Positions 12,878 through 24,434 of a stretch of 64,000 bases of DNA are shown in pieces (position 1 is the first letter of the stretch; the number at the start of each line of letters is the position of its first letter). The stretch comes from Octopus sinensis (taxonomy: Eukaryota), in the NCBI RefSeq assembly GCF_006345805.1, contig NC_042997.1, forward strand, positions 174,158,001 to 174,222,000, written 5' to 3'. A program made the position numbers and the translations under genes. The notes beneath the pieces were generated by a model. The model did no database searches. It saw only the letters and a list, made by a program, of their open reading frames with translations, and had not been told where the DNA came from.

Positions 12878-12975
12878 ACGGCGGGGTTCATTCAGTTTCC
12901 GTCTACAAAATCAACTCTCATGGATTTCGTTGGCCTAAGGCTATAGCTGAAGACACTTGCTCAGTCAGCCACTTG
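12878..12975 (-). mobile_element. SINE family B 5' fragment
   Basis: ttcagtttccgtctac...ggctatagctgaagacacttgc is the reverse complement of the family B head. Confidence 0.8.
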
Positions 12976-13040
12976 GGCAGTCTCCAATATATATATATGT
13001 ATAGCGTGTATTGTATGTCTGTTTGTATGTATAGATATTT

Positions 13041-13140
13041 ATTTGTATATACACGTTTGGGGTTCTTTGTTGTTCTTTGTAGACTTCAGAATATGAAAGT
13101 TTTCTTTATATTAGCATCATTATTGTTATAGCTGCGATAA
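13041..13140. repeat. Dispersed ~100-bp repeat, second copy at 59075-59173
   Basis: About 67-nt identical core gttctttgttgttctttgtagacttcagaatatgaaagttttctttatattagcatcattattgtta. Both copies are followed by (AAT)n. Confidence 0.9.
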
Positions 13141-13187
13141 CAATAATGATGATGATAATAATAATAATAATGATAATAATAATAATA

Positions 13188-13220
<33 letters not shown>

Positions 13221-13256
13221 TGTTATTATTATTAGTATTATTATTATAATTATTAT

Positions 13257-13298
<42 letters not shown>

Positions 13299-13411
13299 CA
13301 GTAGTATTGTTCTTGGGGAAGTTATCCATGTTGCCTACTGGCATGCTTAAAGTCAGCATTACTGGCTATGTCAATACATATATATTATATATATATTATA
13401 TATATATATAT

Positions 13412-13442
<31 letters not shown>

Positions 13443-13447
13443 GTATG

Positions 13448-13478
<31 letters not shown>

Positions 13479-13800
13479 ATATATGTATATATATATATGT
13501 GTGTGTATATATATATATACATATATACTTACAAACATATATATATATGCACATGCATATATATACATATATATATATATATATGTTTGTATATATATAT
13601 ATATGTATAAATATGTATATATATTTGTATGTATATAATTCCCTTTCACATTTACATATACGCATACATATTTACACACACGTTCGCGTCTGTGTGCGTA
13701 TATATGCATGTACATACTTACATACATACATACATACATAAATGTGCACCTACATACGCATATATATATATATGCATACATGTGCTGGTATGTATGTGGA
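13135..13800. repeat. (AAT)/(TAG)/(TA)/(TG) microsatellite block
   Basis: Directly visible, interrupted by a short unique segment at ~13310-13370. Confidence 0.9.
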
Positions 13801-13994
13801 TATCTGTACGTACGTAAAAGATGACAGGTTTCCAATAGGCTCACTGCTCTTTGTCAATCGATTTTGGCAAGAACTACTGACAGATATTTGAAGCTTTGCC
13901 GCAATGTATTCAAGCTATAATGGTCATGTTAGAAATCTGAAATATTTATTTCTATATCTACTGGTTTGGGATATTTAAGGGCTTACGAGTATCA

Positions 13995-14017
13995 CTAACC
14001 TTTATTACTATTATTAC

Positions 14018-14056
<39 letters not shown>

Positions 14057-14296
14057 TATTACTATTATTACTATTATTACTATTATTACTATTATTACTA
14101 TTATTACTATTATTACTATTATTACTATTATTATTATATTATTATTATTATTATTATTGTTATTATTATTATTATCATTATTATTATTACCACCATCGTC
14201 GTTATTATCATCATCATCATCATCATCATCATTATCATCATCATCATCATCAGTATTATTATTATTATTACCATCATCATCGTTATCATCATCATC

Positions 14297-14358
<62 letters not shown>

Positions 14359-14402
14359 CATTATTACCATCATCATCGTTATTATCATCATCATTATAAT
14401 CA

Positions 14403-14469
<67 letters not shown>

Positions 14470-14485
14470 CATCATCATCATTATC
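13995..14485. repeat. (TAT)/(TAC)/(CAT) compound trinucleotide microsatellite
   Basis: Directly visible. Confidence 0.95.
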
Positions 14486-15384
14486 ATTATTGGTGTTGTC
14501 ATTGTAGTTGTTATATCTATTAAACAAAAACTAATTAAATTTGCTTATTATATTTGTGATGTAATCACATTGGTTCAACACTTTCCTTCAATTGAGGTGA
14601 ACTGCTTTGAGAATCATTTGAACTGTTTGACTCTACTCAATATGAAATACGATTTTTCGGAAGTATGTATTATTATTTTCAATGTATAGAAATTATATTC
14701 AACAGTGTTATGTTTTTATCTGCTATTTCTCCGTTCATATATATATTTTTCTAATTTTTTAGCCAATTGTTTTTTTCATTCATTTTTTTTTCTTCTTCAC
14801 GCGTATTAACTTCGCGAACTACTTGGTTAAAATAGACATCGCTCATTCAAAATATAATGTAATACATTTTTTTTTTGCTGATAATCTAGCAATCAATAAA
14901 AATTATTATTAATTTTCTCCGTTGCTATTTTTGTTGGAGTTGATCAGCTTTACATCAGCCACTGATCCTGTAGATGAGATCTACAATCCACGCGTGTTCT
15001 AACCATACTCTATTCTGTGTGTCAGGTGCGTCTTGGATTTATATTATCTGATGTAACGTTTGATTATCTTCTCCACAACTTACTTTTCATTATGACTTTC
15101 CCAAAAATCGATCTCCTCCCCCGATATTAGACGCCATATTTTTTTCCTTTTAGAATATATACATTTGCTTTTCAAAATCTTAAAATTTGCCCCGAATACA
15201 CAAGAATTTCACAAAAGCAACAATCCTCAGTAGACACTAGTTGACTTCATTATGAAATGGTACAGCATACCATAATTACCATTCCAAAACATCAAAATTT
15301 GATGAGCTAATATCGACGTATTTCGCTTGCAGTCACAAGAACAACATTAATAATATAATAATAAAGTAACAATAAAGATGAAGA

Positions 15385-15795
15385 AGAAAGATTAAACAAC
15401 TGCAAAAATGAAAACGATGTATGGACAATACTCAGAGAAACGGTAGGGAAAGACGAGACAACTGGAGATGGCTAAGGAAAAGGGATCGGTAAGGATACAC
15501 TGAGGCATTGATATGCAGCGCCCAGGAACAAGGTCTGAGAACAAATTATACCAGGTTCCAAATAGATAAGAACACATTTGTGGCAGCAAAAATGAAACGG
15601 TCTCACATATTGTGCGTGAGTATTGCAAATTGGTTCAAGAGCGATACAAAAGGAGGCATTATAATGTAGCTAAGTTTGTTCACTGGAGATCGTGTGAGAT
15701 GTACGGTTTTGAAAGAAAAGAGAAATCGTACAAGCATAAATCAGGATGCGTCACTGAGAATAATGCTTATAAGATATTATAGGATTTTAAATGTC
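15385..15795 (+). mobile_element. R4/Dong-clade (restriction-like endonuclease) LINE ORF fragment
   Basis: Broken frames give KTMYGQY...TEALICSAQEQGLRTNY...KNETVSHIV...CKLVQERYKRRHYNVAKFVHW, the zinc-knuckle region preceding the RLE domain. A short (AAT)n lies upstream. Confidence 0.85.
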
Positions 15796-16232
15796 TTATC
15801 TCCCATCAATCACTGAGTCACACTGGGGTGTAAAATCCCATGAGAATATTCAGATATTGTACATATTCTGTGAAGTGGGCAAATACATAGGGATTGGATA
15901 AATGATACAGACTACTATAAACGTAATTTCGATAGGCTGTATTTACTAATAAGAGAAGGTAAATGTTCGTTAAATACATAACTCATCCTCAGTAATGTGA
16001 TTCTGGGTTTGAAGTCCCTGAAACAGAGAGCGATTTCAGGAATATAAAGGATGACACAGAAAATAACTGGAAAATTCTACATTAACCAGATCTGTCAGCG
16101 TAATAGGCCCGACGAATGTATAATTTCTTCAGAGCTGCATAGAATCTGCCTCTTACATGAAACTTTTAGTAGATTGCTTGTGAATAATTGCTATACTCAT
16201 TAATAAGTGGATATACGCGTAAATGTATGTAT

Positions 16233-16264
<32 letters not shown>

Positions 16265-17160
16265 ATGTTTGTGCGTGTGTGGGTGTATGAGTATATATAT
16301 GCATACACACATACACACATACAGACATACATACAGACACACACACATACATATGCGATACATCAAAAATGTTTTCACAAAAGACGCACCAGTTTTATGG
16401 TTTTATGTAATTATGAAGAAAGGAAAATAATCAATACATACATCGATCAATGAAAGGTTTCGAAAATTCTTCTTTTCCGCTAAGTGGCAAAAATATTTAA
16501 AAAAAGAAACAACAAACAAAAAACATCAGCAAAAACAAGAACAACAAAAATGAGAAAAATCTGCGGATATAAACTTCTCTTATCTGTCTGATGAACACTC
16601 TTAAGAAACTCACTACATTGCCACTTGAAGTATTTTTAAAACATTAATTTGCTAAGAAGAACTCTGGTTATTAACAAATTAACTAACACAAAAATTTGCG
16701 AATCAATATTTCTTTAAACATGATAATTTGGCTGGTCTTTTTTTTTCTAGTCGGTCTTTTTATCTCTCTCTCTCTTCTCCTCTCTGTCTTTGATTCAATA
16801 ATCATTCCTTTTCTTTCTTCCTCTCTCTAATAAGTGTGTGAGAGTGCGAATGCTTGTGCGCATGCGCTTATGAGAGAAAGTGTATGCGTTGGTTTGGGTG
16901 TTTTTTTTGGAAGTCGATGTCTGTTAAACTTGTGAATCGATACAATTTTCACATTAAAACTGACTAATCTTCTTTCTCACTTTCTCTTTTTCTTTCTTAC
17001 CCTCTTTCTTCAAACCACATCCTTTTATTCTTTCTCTCTCTCTCCCTCCTTCTCTCTCTATCACACACACACGTACATACATTATATATATTAAATTTTC
17101 TTAAGAAATGTTTGTACTCAAGTTTTACATATATCTAGGTAGCAATAAAATCTCATTCAA

Positions 17161-17211
<51 letters not shown>

Positions 17212-17269
17212 TTTTATAGATGTATAAAACCACAATTTCTTTCTCTATCTCTCTATTTATCCATCTCGC

Positions 17270-17500
17270 CACCCTGTATATCTAGCCATCTCTCCACCTC
17301 TCTCTCTCTCTCTCTACCTCCCTCTCTCTCTACCTTTCTCTCTCTCTACTTCCATCTCTTTCTACCTCCCTCTCACTCTACCTCCCTCTCTCTACCTCCC
17401 TCTCGCTCTACCTCCCTCTCGCTCTACCTCCTTTTCTCTCTACCTCCCTCTCTCTCTCTACCTCCCTCTCTCTCCACTCTCTCTCTATCTCTCTCTCATT
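17270..17500. repeat. CT-rich minisatellite (~16-nt unit ctctacctccctctc)
   Basis: Directly visible polypyrimidine tandem array. Confidence 0.85.
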
Positions 17501-18130
17501 CGCTCTCTTCTCTATTCTCAGTTTCATCTATGTCTTTCATGCACTCACTTTATTTTACCATTCCTTATTTTCCTTTCTTGCTGTTCCCCATACCGATCTT
17601 TACACTGTTTTCTTTCTTCCAATTTATTATCAATTTTTAATTCCTTCATTGTATTTTTTTTTCTATTTCTTTATTTTTATTTCATTTTCACGACTGCAAC
17701 TTTTGCCTCGTCAGTCTTTCCATAATCATTTTCTTTCTTTCACTTTATTTTCTTCAGTTTTATTTTTTGAAGTCGTAGTCTTTCTTTTCATCTCTCTAAA
17801 TACTCTTGACTGTCTAAATTTTCTTTCAAATTTTCCAATTTCGAGTTAAACATTTCTCACTGTCTTTCATTCAATATTAGGTCTTTTCTTTCTGTATATC
17901 TATCTAAGTGCATGTCTCTCTGTCTATTTGTAATACACTTTCAATGTCCCTATCAGTCTATCTCTCTGGAAATCACACATAAATACATACATCATTCATA
18001 CATGCAAACATACATATATGTGTGTATGTATAGAAGGAGAGAGAGAGAGAGAGAGAGAGTCAGATAGACAGAGACAGGGAGAATCAGAAAGCGAGAAAGG
18101 AGATAAATATATGTATATACATCCATGATA

Positions 18131-18162
<32 letters not shown>

Positions 18163-18222
18163 GATATATATATAATATATATATGTATATGTTATATTAT
18201 ATTATAGTTATATTATATTATA

Positions 18223-18280
<58 letters not shown>

Positions 18281-18469
18281 TAGCGAGAGAGAGAGAGAGA
18301 GAGAGAGAGAAAGAAGAAGATCATGTACAGGTATTATGCACTGTATATGTATGTAAAGGACTCTCCCGTCGGTTTCGAGGTATTAGGACCTGACAACCTA
18401 GTCTTTCTTTGTTAGTCATAATGTTTATGCCGAACATGACATTTGAACATGACATGACATCTATTGTTA

Positions 18470-19007
18470 AACATGGATGAGTATCTGTAATGATCAGGGA
18501 GTGGGCTATATCTTGGAAATCCTCCGACCCAATGGTTTTCCTTCATAGCATAATTAATAGTCAAGACTATTTAAGCTTTTTATCTGATCAAATTCATCCT
18601 ATGGTAGCAGAACTGTTTCCGGGGGGAATTGCAATGTATCAGGATGATAATGCACCAATTCACACAGCTAAATTTGTTACTGAATGGCACGAGGAACATT
18701 ATAGTGAAGTTGAACATCTTATCTGGCCACCACAGTCCCCAGATCTCAATATTACTGAACATTTAAGGTGCATTTTAGAAAAACAGATAAGGAATCGATA
18801 TCCTCCACCATCATTACTACAAGAACTGGAGGCTGTTTTAGCTGAAGAATGGACAAAAATTCCTTTGGTAACAATTCAAACTTTGTACGATTCCATAGCC
18901 TGCAGAATTCAAGCCGTAATTACTGCCAAAGGTGGTCCTACTCCATATTAAAAAATAAATTTGTTTGAAAATTTAAGGTGTTTCCATTATTTTGCCCAAC
19001 CCTTGTA
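18470..19007 (+). mobile_element. 3' half of a Tc1-like DD36E (Incomer-type) transposon with right TIR and TA
   Basis: Uninterrupted 153-aa ORF 18490-18951 with YQDDNAPIH...WPPQSPDLNITEHL (36 residues between D and E) and C-terminal AKGGPTPY. TIR ...ttccattattttgcccaacccttg ends at 19005, followed by TA. Confidence 0.9.
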
Positions 19008-19021
19008 TAATATATATATAT

Positions 19022-19165
19022 ATACATGTGTGTGTGGTAAGTAGCTTGCTTACCAACCACATATTTCCGGGTACAGTGCCACGGCGTGGCACACCTTGGA
19101 CAAGTGTCTTCTACTATAGCCTTGTGAGTGGATCTGGTAGTCGGAAACTGAAAGAAGCCCGTCGA

Positions 19166-19197
<32 letters not shown>

Positions 19198-19490
19198 ATA
19201 TATATATAATATAAATAATGTATAAATATATGCATTTATACATACATATATGTACATACCTACATATATATGTATATACGTGAACAAAATGGGAAACGAG
19301 AACATAAAAACAAAAACAGAAAACGAACTATTTTTCGAACAACCAAAGAAACAAATAGAGAAACGAGACAGGCAACATAAAGAATATTTCCTTCATCAGT
19401 TGTTCCCATATATATGTGTGTGTGTCTCTGTTTATATGTCTGTCTTTGTCCCCGCCAACATCGTTTGACAACCGATGCTGGTGTGTTAGA
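19022..19490 (+). mobile_element. SINE family B, split in its internal microsatellite
   Basis: Head 19022-19175, tail resumes at ~19410 and is truncated at ~19490. Confidence 0.85.
19268..19410 (-). mobile_element. Inserted repeat fragment, possibly Penelope pLTR
   Basis: Non-SINE segment inside the SINE microsatellite. Contains CTGATGA on the minus strand but no complete hammerhead. Confidence 0.35.
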
Positions 19491-20168
19491 TAACCGCCTA
19501 AGGGATAGAAGTATCCATTACACTACTTGTATGTTACCTCTGTTGAACACTGGACATACATATGCAAGCATATTATGTTCATAAATTATAGATAAAGACA
19601 AGGTTAAACATGAGTTTGTAAAGAATCAAAATTTTCTGTTTTCTTTATATATAAATATATGTACGTATGTATGTATGTGTGTATGTATGTATGTATGTAT
19701 GTATGTATGTATGTATGTATGTATGAATGTATGTATGTAAGTATGTATATATATATATATGTATAATTTTAAATTAATAATAAAAGGGTAAAATTTATCA
19801 ATTAAATTAATTAATCAATCAATTAATTAATAATTTCACAAAGTAGATCGGTACGTTAAAATAACAACCTTTATAGGTAAAAATTATACAAATATTTTAT
19901 AATTATAAACATAATTATAATTAGGGTTCAGCTAATTGCTTCACCACATACCGAATTTAGAAATAGGAGTTAAAATTCCTTTTCTACTACTATTATGTTT
20001 ATAATTATGAAATATTTGTATATATATATATATATAAGTTAAGTAAAATTTAAATTCAGTTGAATATGTTACTAAAGTTAAAGGCACCAGAATTTTGTAT
20101 GGTATTAACCATGTAATTCAAAATGGGGTGATTACAATCAAAATAAGCAACAAGAATATCCAGAGGTA

Positions 20169-20258
20169 ATGCAGTACGATCGTTTCATGCGATTCCATTT
20201 AATTGAACAATGAAAATATTACATCTGTTTTAATATGTAGAGCAATCTTCGGCTGCAT
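20169..20258 (-). ncRNA. Hammerhead ribozyme motif with core mutation (CCGAAGA)
   Basis: atgcag CCGAAGA ttgc...gcat GAAA cgatcg TA ctgcat. The U4-to-C change probably inactivates it. Confidence 0.6.
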
Positions 20259-20403
20259 AAAAATATAGAATTTAGTTAAATTCAAACTATGATGTTGTTA
20301 ATTGAACATATTCTTTGTCTATCTACTTATCCTCTATGTGATTTTGGTTAATTGAACAACTATACAAATGAATCCTTTGAATTTAACTAAATTCTATATT
20401 TTT

Positions 20404-20493
20404 ATGCAGCTGAAGATTGCTCTACATTTTAAAACTGATGTAATATTTGCCTTGTTCAATTAAATGGAGTCGCATGAAACGACCGTACTGCAT
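20404..20493 (+). ncRNA. Type I hammerhead ribozyme motif
   Basis: atgcag CTGAAGA(20410-16) ttgc...gcat GAAA(20476-79) cgaccg TA ctgcat. 6-bp stem I, GUA triplet. Confidence 0.75.
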
Positions 20494-21407
20494 TACTTCT
20501 GGATATCCTTGTTGCTTATTGTAACATATATATATGGATAGATGGCGAGATAAATCGATACACACACATACACGAACACAATGACACTTCCGTAGCTTTA
20601 GGCGTAGGAATAGTCATGGTCGCACGGAGGCAGTTGTGATTCTTCTGTACCTTACATGGATGAGTCTCCTGTTGAGGTTCCAAATTGTTGAAGTTGCTGC
20701 TTTTTTAAGCATCGCTAATGCAGGAACATGATAATTTTACATGTCATTTTGTTCTGTTTTCTCTTATATTTTTTCTGTCTTTTATTTATACTTTGGGCTG
20801 TTGCTAGGTCATCCTAAAATTTAACGAAAGAATTATTATTATATACATAAACGCATGTGCAATGATTTTATTGTTTCGCTCTTATCAGTTGATTGCTATT
20901 ACAAGATGAGAGATCTACACATCAGTGAATGAAAGCAACAAATAACACATTTGCCACTCACAAGCTATCTATGGTTGAATATGCAATGAAATATCAGAAT
21001 GATACGAACAGAAGCTACCTTAACTGTTGGATTTATTTCAGAACATTTTCAACTAGATTTATCTAGTTAAAGGATACCTGCAAGTACATAGATGTTTCAT
21101 AATATATATGAATATATAGAGGCATAATATATATGAATATATAGAGGCACAGATAGATGAAGAGATAGATAGCTACAGAGATAGATATATATCAATATAC
21201 ATATTTATACTCATACATACATACATATATTTATACTCATACATACATACATATATACATATGTGTATATATGTATGTACGTGTATATGATTGAGAGTTT
21301 ATGTATGTACATACACACACACAGACACACACACACACGCATATATATATAAATATATATACATATATATGTATGTGCGTGTAAATATATATACATATAT
21401 ACATACA

Positions 21408-21443
<36 letters not shown>

Positions 21444-22721
21444 TGTATATATATATTTATATATATATGTATATATATATTATATATATATGTATATATA
21501 TATTTATATATATATGTATTTATGTATATATATATTATATATATATATATATACACATTCATGTATACATATACGCTGCTTATTTTGCATATATGTATAA
21601 ATGCCTGTGACTTAACGGCTAATGGTTTAGTAGGACATACAGAACGTTCGTCGATGATCTTTCAGATGTGCTTCATGCATCGTATTTGATGATCAGAGAA
21701 AGATTTTAAGTGTGTGATGATTTACGACGTGTATTTATGAATCATTAGTTGTTTCATTATAAGTATACACTCAACACGATATATTCAGTGCTGTTCTCTT
21801 TAGTTTATCCACATAAACCTGCGCGTGTGATATATATATATATATATATATATGTGCGCATATGTGCTTGTGTGTATGTGCACGTTTAGGTATGAAAACC
21901 GATGGCGACTGTACTCGACGTGTTTGTGTAGAGTTAATATTTGAAGGTAGACAGCTAATAACTTCAAATTTCACAATCAAGTTGTCTCTGATCTTTCTGA
22001 TACCTTTCAATCATGGAAGATCACAGGTTTATATATTATATAACTATCTATCTACACACACGCACACACACACACGCACACATACACACACAGACGCACG
22101 CACCCACGTACGCACACAAACTCATATATATATATGTATACTTACATAAATACCTTCATACATACATACATGCATACCTTTGCAACTAAGGTGCTAGATT
22201 GATTCTTGGTAATGATAGAAGCCAAACTCTATACCTAATCTAGGGTCCCCCGTATAAGTTTACAGTTTCTCGAATTCTTTTTCCGTTTTACAGAACTGAC
22301 TTATCTTTCTGCTACCTTCAGCTGGAGAACTGTGGCTATGCTGGGGTACCACTTCTTCAAATCTATTTGTTGAAGACTCAGATTTTGCAGATGATGTTAA
22401 CAAATAGCTATACATCCTCTACTATATAAAAAAAAACTATGTACATCTCTACCATCTGTAACTAAATGGGAAAATGAAACTGGTCAATAATTTGATTCAC
22501 CTAGAACACGAATGTTTCAATTAAACGTGTGATGAAATATATATTTAAGTAACCAGTCAAAAGAACATGAAGATTGCTGCTATTTTGTTCCGATTTCAAA
22601 TAGAAAACTCATTTCAAGTTTTCACTGAAAAAAATATTATCTCATTACTGATCGCAAGTTAAAGTTATATGTATACATACATACATACATACATACATAC
22701 ATACATACATACATACATACA

Positions 22722-22753
<32 letters not shown>

Positions 22754-22762
22754 CTCTATATA

Positions 22763-23514
22763 GTGATCCAGAAACACCGTGTTCGCTATTAACGGTAAGT
22801 GACTGAATTCGTATGTTTGCCACTCCGGTTTTGTGTATGTGAGCCGCAAAGGCCTTCGTTTTTGGAATCTCCACTTATAGAAATGGAAAAAACGGTCTTT
22901 GACTGCCATTTCTAATTCCTTCGGTATGAGGCGAAACAGCTTGCTGCTAGCCAACTTATTTTTCTTTACTATATACTGAACCTTACAAAGGTCTTGACAA
23001 TTATTTTGTCGTATTTACATACCGAAATTTACCGGTAAATAATTGTTGGTACATGAAAAACCACAGGAAAATTATTTACCATTTTTATTGTATTACCATG
23101 TGGATTCCTCATTCCATTACGATTACCCAGAAGGCGCGCATGGCAGAATTTTGGAGGGGAAATTTACGTTCCCAGTCGTTACTTGGTTTTAACATCTGCG
23201 CACTTCCCCCCACTATCTGATGTCGCTGGGTCAGAAGTGAGGGCTGGTGGCATTTGATAAAGCTAACGAATATAGCGCTGATGACGGAATTCAAACTCCC
23301 CTGTTTGTGATCCAGAAACACCGTGTTCGCTATTAACGGTAAGTGACTGAATTCGTATGTTTGCCACTCCGGTGTTGTGTATGTGAGCCGCAAGGGCCTT
23401 CGTTTTTGGAAAATCCACTTATAGAAATGGAAAAAACGGTCTTTGACTGCCATTTCTAATTCCTTCGGTATGAGGCGAAACAGCTTGCTGCTAGCCAACT
23501 TATTTTTCTTTACC

Positions 23515-23519
<5 letters not shown>
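22763..23519 (+). mobile_element. Direct 213-bp repeats (22763-22975, 23307-23519), Penelope/retrozyme-like unit
   Basis: Repeats differ at about 5 positions, offset 544 bp. Both begin inside a hammerhead (gtgatccaGAAAcaccgtgTTcgctat). Confidence 0.75.
23272..23333 (+). ncRNA. Type I hammerhead ribozyme motif
   Basis: atagcg CTGATGA(23278-84) cgga...tcca GAAA(23315-18) caccgtg TT cgctat. Perfect 6-bp stem I, GUU triplet. Confidence 0.75.
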
Positions 23520-23556
<37 letters not shown>

Positions 23557-23625
23557 TATACATACATATATATGAAAAAACAAGTCAAGATAGAAAATGC
23601 TAAAATAATTTTATAAAGAACATTT

Positions 23626-23662
23626 CAGTACCGGTTTCAGTCATTTGAGACCTTTCCAACTG
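23626..23662 (-). ncRNA. Degenerate hammerhead relic
   Basis: cag TTGGAAA ggtc-tcaaat-gact GAAA ccgg TA ctg. Stems and the ACCGGT palindrome are retained, but the CUGANGA core carries 3 changes. Confidence 0.5.
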
Positions 23663-23804
23663 TAACGATTAAATAATTAAATTTAGAAAATTAAAAGAAA
23701 AGTATTTTTAAAAGAATATTTGTATAATGTTCAAATATAAGTGGCATTTCCTTGTTTCTGCCTTTCTCTGTCTCTCTTGTTTACACTTGTGGGTTCGAGG
23801 TTGT

Positions 23805-23839
<35 letters not shown>

Positions 23840-23840
<1 letters not shown>

Positions 23841-23980
23841 CATGGCCTAGTTGTTACAGCAGCGGTCGAGGCATCGCGGGTTCGTATCTCAGACCGGGCA
23901 ATGTGTGTGTTTATGAGCGAAACACCTAAGCTCCACGCGGCTCCGGCAGAAGGTAATGGCGACCTTCTGGTGACTCTTTA
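23840..23980 (+). mobile_element. SINE family C 5' fragment
   Basis: Aligns to the head of the 54927 copy (gagcgaaacacctaagctccacg). Confidence 0.8.
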
Positions 23981-24059
23981 TTGACATCAATGTGTTTGTA
24001 TTGAATTAGCATTTGTCAAAATCAAGTGTGGAAAACAACATCCATCATGTAATATCTGT

Positions 24060-24434
24060 TTTCATTGATGCATTTCTGAAGGCGTCTGGGGTCCGATTCG
24101 TTCGTGACGCTCCCACCGGAGTGTACCTCGTATACGAAGTACATTCACCCAACATAAGTTTGTGTTACGAGTGAGAACAGCCTGATTTCAGTGAGTGTTG
24201 AATTGGGGCCGATGCTCACGCTGAACTACTGTGACAGACTCATTATTCTTCACGTAGCTGTCGCGAGCAAACATGCAATGTTCTATCGTCCACAGCACCT
24301 TGCCATCATCTGAAAAAGAAAGAAAAAATGCTAAGACACCTCAGACGGAATGGTACCTGTCGGACAACGTCCCTCCCCCTGGGACTGAGTAATAACCATT
24401 TCAAAAACGTCTGCCCTCTCTGCCCCACCTTGTA
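24060..24434 (-). mobile_element. 5' fragment of a DD41D-type (DUF4817-like N-terminus) Tc1/mariner element with TIR and TA
   Basis: Minus strand WTIEHCMFARDSYVKNNESVTVVQRE...NQAVLTRNT. TIR begins TA-caaggtggggcagag at 24434. Confidence 0.8.

Larger units (their letters stand above)
19760..20520. mobile_element. Penelope-type pLTR region with ~145-bp inverted repeat (20142-20286 / 20376-20520)
   Basis: Arms are directly reverse-complementary and each carries a hammerhead motif. Confidence 0.75.

Noticed and set aside
16585-16617. CTGATGA...GAAAC on the plus strand
   Set aside because: No stem II or stem III pairing.
20865-20892. CTGATAAgagcGAAAC on the minus strand
   Set aside because: G8 is missing, stem II is too short, and there is no UH or stem I.
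23109-23588. 159-aa minus-strand ORF and its partial twin at 22637-22954
   Set aside because: Antisense to the hammerhead-bearing direct repeats, starts in (TA)n, and has no recognisable motif.
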